Of a stretch of DNA of 40,197 nt, positions 24,600 to 35,066 are shown one piece after another. This DNA comes from Vicugna vicugna (taxonomy: Eukaryota). The first letter of the stretch is position 1. The number at the start of each line of letters is the position of its first letter. The translations under genes were made by a program, and so were the position numbers. The notes beneath the pieces were generated by a model. The model was not told where the DNA came from. It saw only the letters and a program-made list of their open reading frames with translations, and made no database searches. The DNA is taken from NCBI GenBank assembly GCA_013265495.1, contig MU058781.1, positions 310,001 through 350,197 on the forward strand. The letters are read 5' to 3'.

Positions 24600-25796
24600 T
24601 GTAGATGACAGCCCAGAATCCTTGCATCCTTGACTGCTGATTAATAGGAATGCAGTCTGGGGACTTGATGTAAGGGGACGGTGCTGCCGGCGGATCCAGC
24701 CTGTGTTCCAGGTTCTTGTCCCATCCCAGAAAGAATTCAGAGACAAGATGTAGTGATTAAGAAAGTAAAGTAAGAATTTATTAAAGGATGGATAGGACAC
24801 TCTCAATGGGAGAACAGGCAGGCTCAGGTGAGCGGCTGCCCTGAGTTTCTTTGACAGCTTAGTTACATAGGCTGTAAAAATGAACATGCCGAATATTCAC
24901 TGGGGAAGGAAGGGTTTGGGGTCGTATTCCCTGATTGTCATTGCAACTCCACCTTCCCAAAGGCAGGAGGGATTTCTGTCCTTATTTAGTCTGGATCAGA
25001 AGTGTCATGGTGTCAGTGCATGATGGGTACGTCTAATCTGCGAGGCTAATTTTTATTGAAATGAGGGCATAATGAACAAAAGGTTACATTAGGACACCGG
25101 AAATTTCTGCCTTTTCTCACCTTTCTTTGTCAGTCTCCAGGCCACTCATCACCCCAAAAGGTGTGACCACTTATTAGCCCAAAGTTTCCTGCTTTTCTTT
25201 CTCTGCCCAGGGACCCCTGGTGCTTACACGATGTATGTTTTCCTGCATTTGGCCTGTACCCCTCCTTTCTGCCCAATTCCTGCCATTTGGTCTGTGTCCC
25301 CCTTTCTCTATTCACATCGAGCTATCTGCCTGCTCTAACACTGGGAGAATCTGATTGCCGAAAGAGCTAGCCTGTCTCTTTAGGCTGATGATTTCTCTGT
25401 AGTGGGTTTGTGACCTAACTGTTGTCAGTGAGATGCAATAAAACGTTTTCTGTAGGCTTGTAAGAGAGTTCTAGTTTTTAAGAGAAAGTTACCAGAAGCC
25501 AGGCTCTCTTTTCATCTGTATTATCAGTCTGGAAGCATGTTGCTCTAGGTGCTAAACTTAGCTTCAACTTGTGACCTTTGAAGGAAGACAGCCAGAAGAC
25601 AAAGCTGAGATTAATGAAGATCAGACCCGAGTGTCTCATAGAGAAAAGACACTGGAGCCTTGATCAGATCTTTCCTGAATCCTACACTCAATCTCTGGAC
25701 TTGCAGTCACGTGAGCCAATAAAATCATGCCTTGTTTACATGACAGTTTTAGGTGAGATTATATTACTTGTAGCCAAAGCCATCACAACTAATGCA
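24600..25796 (+). mobile_element. MaLR LTR, MLT1J-family, interrupted by an ERV1-type LTR (parts about 24600-24681 and 25341-25796)
   Basis: Right part gggtttgtgacctaactgttgtcagtgagatg..ctctggacttgcagtcacgtgagccaataaaatc..ttacttgtagccaaagccatcacaactaatgca is a typical MLT1J/K 3' end. The left part begins tgtagatgaca. Confidence 0.7.
24682..25340 (-). mobile_element. ERV1-type solo LTR (659 bp)
   Basis: The minus strand starts TGTTAGAGCAGGCAGATAG and ends ..GGATCCGCCGGCAGCA. AATAAA lies on the minus strand at 24777-24782, followed by a U5-like gaattctttctgggatgggacaagaacc. The 4-bp flanks match only partly (acgg/ctgg). Confidence 0.85.
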
Positions 25797-25850
25797 GGAA
25801 CAGTGTCACTTACTCATCAGGATTATTCTGAGGGCTAAACGAAGAGCTCA

Positions 25851-26317
25851 TGTAACCGAACCGGACCCTGTGGGGCCTCCCCGGGACAGAGCCCTCCCTG
25901 TGCCCTCTCCTGTAGCTCCCCTCTGGAGTGCCCAGTTAATAGTACCTCCTGTGTGTTTCCTGAGGTTGTCAGATGCTAAAAACCACCACCAAAGGGAAGC
26001 AATTAACTACCTGATGATCGAGAGCACACAGCCCCCAGACCTTCTGGGCCAAGGGGTTGATAGCGTTGACCGCCCTGTTACTTCAACATCAGCCAATCAG
26101 AGAACTGTGCCCGAGCTGATCACGGACCCCGCGACGCCACTCCCTCACCTGGCCTCTAAATATGCTTTGCTGAAACTGGGGTTTTCTTGGGCATGAGGCA
26201 CCCCATCTTCCTTGCTTGGTCAGTTCTGCAGTAAGCCTTGCCGTGCTCCAAACTCTGACTTTCTGGTTTGTTTGGCCTCACGGGCGCGTCAGGCACGTGA
26301 AACTGCATTCGGTGACA
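25851..26317 (+). mobile_element. ERV1-type solo LTR (467 bp) with a perfect 4-bp TSD
   Basis: Ends TGTAACCGAA..TTCGGTGACA form a 9/10 inverted repeat, with CTCA on both sides (25847-25850, 26318-26321). CCAAT box AGCCAATCAG at 26091-26100 and a TATA-like ctctaaatat near 26154. Confidence 0.93.
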
Positions 26318-28734
26318 CTCACGCAGAGTAACCTTGTGGATTTTAAGTGCACCGTTAAAAATGGTTTCCGTCTTTCACTTAGAGCTTCACCATTTCCTCC
26401 CATTGGGCATTGGGATTAAGAAGTTGAGATCTTTAAGGAAATAAATTGAATGACAGGCTAAGCTTCACTTTTATATAAATCAGAGTATTAAAATATAAGT
26501 TCCTGACTTGTACAATAGATTAATGTTTTAAGACTATTATTTATATTATGTTACATGCCGTGTAATGTTATACCAATATATGCTAATAGCAGTACACTAT
26601 GTATTATGATGTATACGTCATAATATATCATCAGGACATTAACCTATTTTATATGTGCGTATGTATGTTATATAAATGTGTGGAGTTGTATGTATGTCTT
26701 AAAGCATTATGGAGCATAATCAAACATACCCAATAAAATAGATACACCTGGGCTATCGTATATTATATAGTGTGGTTTCTAAGAAAGAATGCAATTTTTC
26801 CAAAAACGTGTTAATAATATTTTACCTCACGTTGAAACTTCAGTTCTTCCAGATTTTCCATATTGACTACTTAGAGAAATATGCTCTTTAAAAAAAAAAA
26901 ATGTGTGTTTTTTTAGCAGAAGCCTTGCTCCTTTATGTCGGGATGTTTGCTCCGAATTGTATTCATTTACGGAAATATTTTAGGATGTTTTCATAAGAGG
27001 GAAACAAAACCCAAGGCTTTCACATAGGATCCATAATAATGCTTCACAACCAAAGACAGTTTTCTTGGGGTTTTCGCTCCTACTAAAAAAGAAGAACAAT
27101 AATGCGGCAGAGACCCCAAAGGGAAATATATTGTTAATGGAAAAAATTGCCTTCATTCACTCTTTCTATTTAAGGGAGCTCATGCTGCCAGGTTATAATG
27201 AAAACATAAAGGTCTAATACAGAACTGACCGGGAGAAGGAGGCAGGGGAAAGGAACCCAGATAATGCAGCATCTAATCCAGATGTTAGCATTCGTGGGGT
27301 GGCTTCTCTGAAATACAAGCCGCAATCTTGATCCTCTTCCTCCTCCCTGAGGTCCTGACTCCACAGTCAAATCAAAAACAAGACCTTAGTTTTCAAGTTT
27401 TACAGAATTTGTTTAAACTGTATTTTTTGATCAGCGAATCTCAAGTATGAAACTAGTTATTTATGATGTTGATCTGCTTCATCTAAAATTCTAGAAAAAG
27501 TTAGAAACAAGTAACATCTAAAAACTGCTTTGTTCCTATAGGAAAAATCACCTAAGATTCTGTCTTTTTATTATGTCTTATTAAAATAACTGTTGTCTCA
27601 ACTTGATAAAATTAAGCTCGGAGTAAATCTTCAGAGTTTTAGAAAAAGGCTCATGTGTGCCTTAGGAAATGATGGTTTACTGGGCCATTTGGGATGGGGA
27701 GGGAAGAGTTTTCAAAAGGAAGAAGTAAATTAATCTCAGAGAGAAATCCAGCCAGACTTAATAACAAGATAAAATAATGCTTAGTGACAAATGCTAAGAG
27801 AACAGCCATCTCAGAAGTGAATAATCTTCCGAACCATCTGTCGCGGCCTTTTTCATAACCTTTGGGAATGCATTTTGGGGAAAGCAGTCATAAAAGTACA
27901 CAAAACTGTACATTCCTTCTGTAGCAACTGCCTTGCATAGTCTATAATTCCGTGTTGTTCTGGGAGGTTACAGAACATGATAAGCATGCTTGCTCTTCCA
28001 CACATGCTTCGAGAGGAGACAGCACCATCAGAGCTGTCGTTTGCCCTCTGCTGTTGGTGGCTGCGACGCCGCCCTCAGACCTGGTGGGGCTGCTTTATGT
28101 TGGCATTCTACCACGTAATTTGTGAGATGGCTTTGTTACACCTAAATATTTGACTGAAATCCCACGTAAAGGAATATTATAAAATAGTCCTACGTTTGTC
28201 ATTTTCACAGATACATTCATGTAAAATGATCAAATCTAGAGCTTGTTTGGATTATGAAACAATATGCATTATATTTTGGTTTCAGAAATTTTGTCTTAGG
28301 ATTCCCAGTGAAATAGACTCTGACTCAAGGCTTCCAGTGCAAATAGTTGACTCGAGCTACGGAAAATCCCAGTGGGGGCGATGCAGAGTGATGCAGGAAA
28401 GAGGATGCCTGAGTGAAGGATGTGGTAGGAGACGGGAGGTTATTTGGTGAGGAAACTCTGGAGATCAGTGTAACACACATCTTGGTTGAGACTGATTCAA
28501 AGGGTGCTGACTCCTGCACGTCCAGCCTGCTGCACTTGGGCAGAGAGGTACCTGGACACCTTCAGTGATGAAGTGGTGATTAACACAAGATTATCTAGAA
28601 ATTGTCAAACTAATATGAAGTTTTTCCTAATGTCTATGGCAAAATCCAAATAAGTGAGGAATGTACAGAAAATTGACAAGAACCACTAATCTAAAAGCAG
28701 ATTCACCGGTGACAGTGATGAATGTGTCAGCATA

Positions 28735-30050
28735 ATGGAAGACACAGGCACAGGCATGGGCTCCTTGACTTCAGTCTTGGTGAAGACTTTTTGGATCTGA
28801 CACCAAAAGCGATAGCAAATATAAGTAAGTGGGACTACATCAAATTAAAAGGAGTCTGCCAAGAAAGGGACCCATCAACGACTGAAAGTCAGCCTCCTGC
28901 ATGTGAGAAAACAGTCGCAGATCATGTATCTGAGAAAAGGTTAATACCTAAAATATATAAAGAACTCAGTGCGATAATAGCCAAAAAAAAATGTGATTGA
29001 AAAATGCACAGAGGATCTGAACAGTTTTCCCAAAGAAAGACATACAAATATCCAACAGGTTCATAAAATGGTGCTCGATATCACTTATTATCAGGAAAAT
29101 GCAAATCAAATCCACCTGTCTCACACCTGTCAGAATGACTGTTATAAAAAAGCAAGAAATCACAGGTGTTGGTGAGGATGTGGGGAAGAGGGAGCACTGG
29201 TTCACTGTTGGTGGGAATGTAAATCAGTGCAGCTTCCGTTATGGAAAACAGCATGGAGGTTCCTCAAAGATTTAAAAACAGAACTGGTATATGATCCAGT
29301 AATTCCACTTCTGCATATTTATCTGAAGAAGGCAAAAAAACTAACTTAAAAGGTTATATACACCCCTGTGTTCACTGAAGCATTATTTAGAATAGCCAAG
29401 ATATGGAAATATGAAGACAAGCTAAGTGTCACGGATGGATGAATGGATAGAGAAACTGCATGATACACACCTCATTTTATATCTCCAGAGACGTGTGTGT
29501 GTGTGTATATATATGTATATAGAAACATTAATCAGCCATAAAAAGAAAGAAATCTTGCCATTTGCAACAACATGGATGGCACTTGGGGGCATTGTGCTAA
29601 ATGATAAAAGTCAGACAGAGAAAGACAAACACCATATGATCTCACACATATGAGGAATCTGGGTGAGGGGGAGGAAATGAGCTCACAAATACAGAGAACA
29701 GATTGGTGGTTGCTAGAAGCAGGGGGTGGGCAAACTGGGTGAAGGGGGTCAAAAAATACAAGCTTCTAGTTACAAAATAAATAAGTCACAGTTCTGAACA
29801 GGCAGCTCAGTTTTACGTACTGCATGGTGGCTATAGTTCATAACACTGAATTGCAAATTTGAAAGCTGCTAAGGGAGTAGATCTTAAATGTTCTCAGCAC
29901 AAGAAAAACTTTTGTAACTACATGGTGATGGACGTTCACTGGACTCATTGTAGTGACTGAGGATGTTATGCAATATACATGAATATCAAGTCATTATGTC
30001 GCACATGTGAAACTCTTATCATGTTATGTCATTTATACCTCATCAAAAAA
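28735..30050 (+). mobile_element. 5'-truncated L1, L1MA9-like (ORF2 3' part plus complete 3'UTR)
   Basis: Broken ORF2p fragments (DFLDLTPKA..ISKWDYIKLK; KKKEILPFATTWMALGGIVL..SQTEKDKHHMISHI). The 3'UTR runs gagaacagattggtggttgc..tgctaagggagtagatcttaaatgttctca..ttatacctcatcaaaaaa. Confidence 0.93.
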
Positions 30051-30059
30051 GGGGAGATT

Positions 30060-30960
30060 TAAAGAGAACCAAAACTTTTGAAAAACATCCAGGCAAGAGA
30101 AAAGAGCTTATATCTTAAGCAGTGGTTCTTGCCCCTGGTTATGCATTAAAGTCACTGGTGAGCCTTTAAAACCTATTAGGGTTTAGGCTCCATCCTTAGA
30201 GATTCTGTTTTAATTATTCTAGGATGAAGACTGGGCATTCCATTAAAAAAAAAATCTTTCCCAGTAATTTGAATGTGCAGATACTGAATGTGAGAACTAC
30301 TATTCAAAGGAAGAAAACCCCTAAACTTCCATAGGCTTCTCCTCCAGAGAACCGAACAGCAGCAGCAGATGAAGACTGGCTACCGAGGGATGGGGGTGGG
30401 GGAGAGGGAAGAATGATGTACTTAGTCAAGAGGTCATTTGTAGGAAAGACCAGTATTCTCCGACAGGCCGGTGCTCAGAAAGTTTTGCACGCAATATTTA
30501 GGGATATAGTCCAGCCAATCTAGGGATGGATTAGGATAAAGAACTCAAGAATAAGGGTGTCAGTATTAAAAAAAATATATATATAGGAAGCAATAGAAAT
30601 GTGTTAAACCTAGAATAAAGTCTTGAGAGTTGCCACTAACATGGTTACAAAACAAAAATAACTAAAAAATAAGACTCCAAGAAAAATTAATAACATGAAA
30701 TATTAGTAATTTAGAACCAAATCTCAGATTGCATCAATGAAAATTGTGACATGGGAAGAGATAGTAAGGACAGTAAAAATTTGCTAGATTTCTCATTGTA
30801 CACAGATAATAATAGATAGTTACCTCCTTGGCCTTGATAGATATTTCAAAATGCTTTTAATAATACAAAGATCATCACTAATAGGAAAAAAAGTATTTAT
30901 ACCTTCCAAGCTGCTAAGAAATGTGAGCAGAAAAAATATAATTATTGAAAACGTAACAGA
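30060..30960 (+). mobile_element. Decayed HAL1/L1ME-like remnant interrupted by MER5A
   Basis: A-rich sense sequence with ORF1-like pieces (caggcaagagaaaag..caaaggaa..ggcttctcc..ctcagaaagttt); boundaries uncertain. Confidence 0.4.
30120..30302. mobile_element. MER5A hAT-Charlie DNA transposon (MITE)
   Basis: Terminal inverted repeats cagtggttct..tgagaactacta, internal agagattctgttttaatt..ctgggcat..aatgtgcag, length about 183 bp. Confidence 0.85.
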
Positions 30961-31494
30961 AAAAACTAAGATTACCTATTGTTTTTCACATCAAATTATA
31001 CTAAATGCATTTTTTTTCTGAGACTACTAAGGGTTTCTGTCAATAATTTGGAAAGAAATAAAAATCATACTAATAGGATCCTGGTTATTAATAGCATAAA
31101 ATAAAGAGTTTAATAATTATACTGGCTCCTTCAAAATGTTTTAGACAAAGTGATGTGCAGTTAGCATCTATTTAAAAATTACTGATTAAAGTCTTACATA
31201 TTACTTCATGTTCCTATAAATTTTTGATATATGTTTTGAGATTCTGTTGTCCACAATCAGAAGATGACAGTTAAACAAGTCAACTATCCTCAAGGAGCTG
31301 ACTTTGATAATGTGAAGTATAAAATTAAATCATATTTGAAAGTATTGATTTACATTTTATTTTAAAGTATAAAACCCAGAATTGAGGAAGACCTGAAAAA
31401 TAGATTCTATACACATATACATAGAGGCGATGCAAAATACAATTACTAGTACTTCTGAAATAAACTTTCAAATAAAGCCTTCGTTTTGATTACC

Positions 31495-32007
31495 TGTTGA
31501 CTAAGACCACTAGTTGCTGTGCTGGTATCTGTTCTCCGATTTTCCCCAGTCAGAGGACCCTCAGTTTTCCCCCGAGCAGTCACCCAGTAGAGGATGACGT
31601 TACCCAGCCTGTCTTGCAGCCAGGTGTGCTCATGTCACTACATTTTAGCCAGTGACATGTAAGAGGGTATACTGTGTGCGTCTTTAGAAAATGTCTTTAA
31701 AAGTAGGAAGCTACATCCTTTGAACGCTCCTCATTCTTTCTTAGGGCTTGGTTAAAAAGAGATGTTACCCGGAGCCCAGGTAAACATCTCGAGCCATGAA
31801 GTGGGAGCTTGATGCTCAGGGTGGCAGAGGTACGAGACAAACGGCTCGCCTTCTTACAGGTCTCACTGCCATCATTATTGTCCGATGCTGTCCACCAGCA
31901 GACTTCTTTCCATGAGCGAGAAACACGCTTCTTTCTTGTTTAAGATACTGGTTCTGTTTATTTGATTTTTGTCTGATGTAACCAAACCTAACCCCAAGTG
32001 ACCCACA
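31495..32007 (+). mobile_element. MaLR solo LTR, MLT1I/J-like
   Basis: cccagcctgtcttgcagccaggtgtgctcatgtcactacattttagccagtgacatgtaag..cagacttctttccatgagcgagaaacacgcttctttcttgtttaag..aaccaaacctaaccccaagtgacccaca. Confidence 0.8.
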
Positions 32008-32966
32008 GTTCCAGCACTGTTCTGTGACTTCTTGCCAGAGATTTTAAAGAAAATCTACTTTGACAGAAGAGCAAGCACAGTAGAACGTTTCACAAAGTTA
32101 CGATTTGGAGACATTACAAAAAGCATCTTTCATAAAGTAGATCGTACTTTTATGACGTGGGAACAGCATTCTTCTTTAAAAAGGTTCCTGGTCAGAGATT
32201 ATTCCCATGATTCATCTGTGTAAAGATCACCCGTCTTACGCTCTTTGCTTTAATTTTCAATCTATCGATTATACTAGGGTGTTTTTTGTTTGTTTGTCTG
32301 TTTGTTTTTTGCAACATTTCTTGGTCACGTAACACGTAATGGTGAAAACAAAACTTTTCCACAGTTTGATAACCATCATCAGAAGTTTTTGGACTCAAGC
32401 ATTGCTTCAAATACATTTTGAAAACCTTCATTCTTTAAAATCCATTATATGAAGGCAATTTTTGAATATGAAATAATTATACAGTCAAATGTGTGTTTTT
32501 TCTTGCCAATCAGATTTAAAAGCATGACTGTTTCTGTCATGAAGTATGTTGTCCTCTTTGAGCTTTGCTCCTTCCTCTCCTAAATGATAAGAATTTGCCC
32601 ATGAATCCTGTGTTTCATCTTTCTTGATAAGGAGCTCTTTGTTCAATGGAAATATTTTCTCAGAAGGCTTGAATAATCCAAGAGTCACTGCTGTCCTCTA
32701 CTGTTTTATTGTCAAAGTAAAAAGTTAGCAAATTTCTGACCCCAAAGTTATATATGCTAGGTAGTAAATCTTACATCATTTTGAGGAAGAATTAAATGAA
32801 ACTGCCAAGATCACCTTCAGCTTTAAACACCAGCTGGTTGTTACTCATCAGCATGTCCTCTGTAGACAGGGCTCAGAACCTCCTAGTTTGAAAAGATGCA
32901 GCAGAGCCTTCTTATGGCCAGCACCACTCCAGTGGGAGAGCGGATCAAGAACAGGCTTGCCCTTCA

Positions 32967-33565
32967 ATCTGGAGGAAACTCTCACTTGGAAAGATACACG
33001 CACCCCAATGTTCACAGCAGCACTATTTACAGTAGCCAATATATGGACGCAGCCTCAATGTCCATTGACGGATGGATGGATAAAGAAGATGTGCTATGTA
33101 TGTAATGGACTACTGCTCAGCCATAGAGAGAATGAAATAATGCCATTTGCAGCAACGTGGATGGACCTAGAGATGATCATACTAAGTGAAGTAAGTCAGA
33201 CAGAGAAAGGCAGATATCACAAGAAATCACTTATATGTGGAATCTAAACAAAAATGATACAAATGAACTTCTTTACAAAACAGAAAGAGACTCACAGACA
33301 TAGAAAACAAACTTGTAGTTACCAGAGGGGGAAGGGAGAGGGATAAATTAGGAGTTTGGGATTAGCTGATATAAACTACTATGTTAGAATAAATAAACAA
33401 CAAGGCTCTACTGTATGGCGCAGGGAACTACATTCAATATCTTGTAATAACCTACAATGAAAAAGAATCTGCAAAAGAAAAAAATATATATATAATGGAA
33501 TTACTTTGCTAGGCACCAGAAGATAACACAACGTTGTAAATCAACTATATTTCAAATAAAAAAAG
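32967..33565 (+). mobile_element. 5'-truncated L1 (ORF2 end plus 3'UTR) with a TSD of about 15 bp
   Basis: ORF 32888..33247 carries the ORF2p C-terminus (KDTRTPMFTAALFT..EIMPFAATWMDLEMIILSEVSQTEK..SLICGI). Flanks aagaacaggcttgcc (32947-32961) and aagaacaagcttgcc (33566-33580). Confidence 0.96.
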
Positions 33566-34039
33566 AAGAACAAGCTTGCCTTCTTCTCTCTCTGTATCTC
33601 CCAGCACATCTGGCAATATTTAAGTAATGGCTGCAGCAATACTTTTTTTGGCGCTTCACTATGGAGTGCCTGTCCTGTTAGCCCTCAGACCTCCCTCTTG
33701 GGGGATTTCCCACAGCGTCAAGTGTCGACCTGGAGGAAGGCATCCCTGGTCTCCGTTTGCAGCCTTCCTGCTGCCAGACCTGCTGGTGCTCCTCAGGTGC
33801 TCTCCTGGGCTGTGCTAGATGTGAGTCCCTCCCCGTGGGTGCTGCCAGGCAACCCCAGGACAGGACAGGGCAGGGCCACACCACAGCAGAGCCAGCGGGG
33901 TGGCCCCTCCCCGTCACTTCCTTCTCCTCATCTCCTCTAGCAGCGAGGCCCCCTCAGAATGCCTCCGGAATCACTCTGTTTTCCAAAGACACACCTATCT
34001 AATCAGAAACTGTTAGGGATTCTTAAAGATCCCCTGATC

Positions 34040-34238
34040 CAGCGGCTTTCCCGCTGGGCTCTGAGGATCCGTCGGAGTTGTCGCACGGGCAGCAGAGGGA
34101 GCGGGAAAGGCTGAGCTCCTGGTCTCCGACTCCACTTCGTCCCTAGAGCGTGTTTCCAGCTCTCACATTCTGGCCTCTTTCATAAGGTTTCAGTAGCACA
34201 AAATGTTACCTGGAAACAAAACAGCTTGCAAAGCACTA
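34040..34238. mobile_element. hAT-Charlie MITE (MER102/MER112-like) inserted in a MIR remnant
   Basis: Ends cagcggctttc..ttgcaaagcacta, with internal taaggtttcagtagcacaaaatgtt. Flanks gggattcttaaagatc and ccaagctcatatagct..ggcagaagttagg resemble antisense MIR. Confidence 0.5.
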
Positions 34239-35066
34239 ACTTAGTTCATATCATTGTCACAAAGGGAATTTAATGAATTTTCTTGGCATTTTTTCCAAGC
34301 TCATATAGCTCACTTGGGGCAGAAGTTAGGCTAGACCTATCTAGTTGAGTAATATTTTTACTCAACCATTTGGACCCTTCTAAATAATATATATACACTT
34401 TAACATAGCACCACTGTGATTTAACCCAAGGGAAGGAAAAAAATCACATTGAGAATTTCAGGCAGACTCTCACGTTTTGACGAGAGAAAGATTCTGAGAG
34501 TCGTGAGGTCTCTTAAATCATACTCATTATTTATGAATAGTTCTGCTTTGCTCATGCCAAGACGGTAATAAGAATGCTGATTTTTCTCTCTACTTGTAAA
34601 AGAATGAAGACGGGGTGGATATTGAAATACAAACTAGTGCAGTCTTGATACTTATCTGTAAACTCATTTCGCCAACTTTTGTATTTGATTGTGTTAAATA
34701 ATTCAGATCCAGGCACAGTGATTTTAAATCAGTACTTAAATGTGTATGTGTTTTAATAGAAAGCCACAATTTCTAAATTAATTCATCACATTGGATCCTG
34801 ATGCCTGAGTTTTCCAGGCACGTGGCAGTATTTACCCATGCTTTATAACTCGTCTCAGAGCAATCTTGAAAAAACATTGTCAGTCAGATGTTGAATTAGC
34901 CGACAAGGGAACACAATTTTACTGAAATTGTAATATTTAGGAAGACCTGTGGGACAGGAAGGAGGGGAAACTGGCACAATTGGTTTCAAGATGAATTGTA
35001 AAAATTGGTAAAAGTTTCAGGTAAGTCACTTAAAATATCACTGTGAAATTTAAATCAGGTAAACTA

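Noticed and set aside
28015..28040. REST/RE1-like half sites (gacagcacc, gctgtc)
   Set aside because: Orientation and spacing do not fit the canonical 21-bp RE1.
28336..28358. cagtgcaaatagttg resembling miR-130/301 5' ends
   Set aside because: The sequence diverges after the first 8 nt, and I see no supporting hairpin.
28722..29653. Several short ORFs with RT-element-like words
   Set aside because: Frameshifted L1 ORF2 fragments.
32888..33247. 119-aa ORF with real protein motifs
   Set aside because: It is the decayed C-terminus of L1 ORF2p in a truncated insertion, entered from flanking DNA; it is not a host gene.
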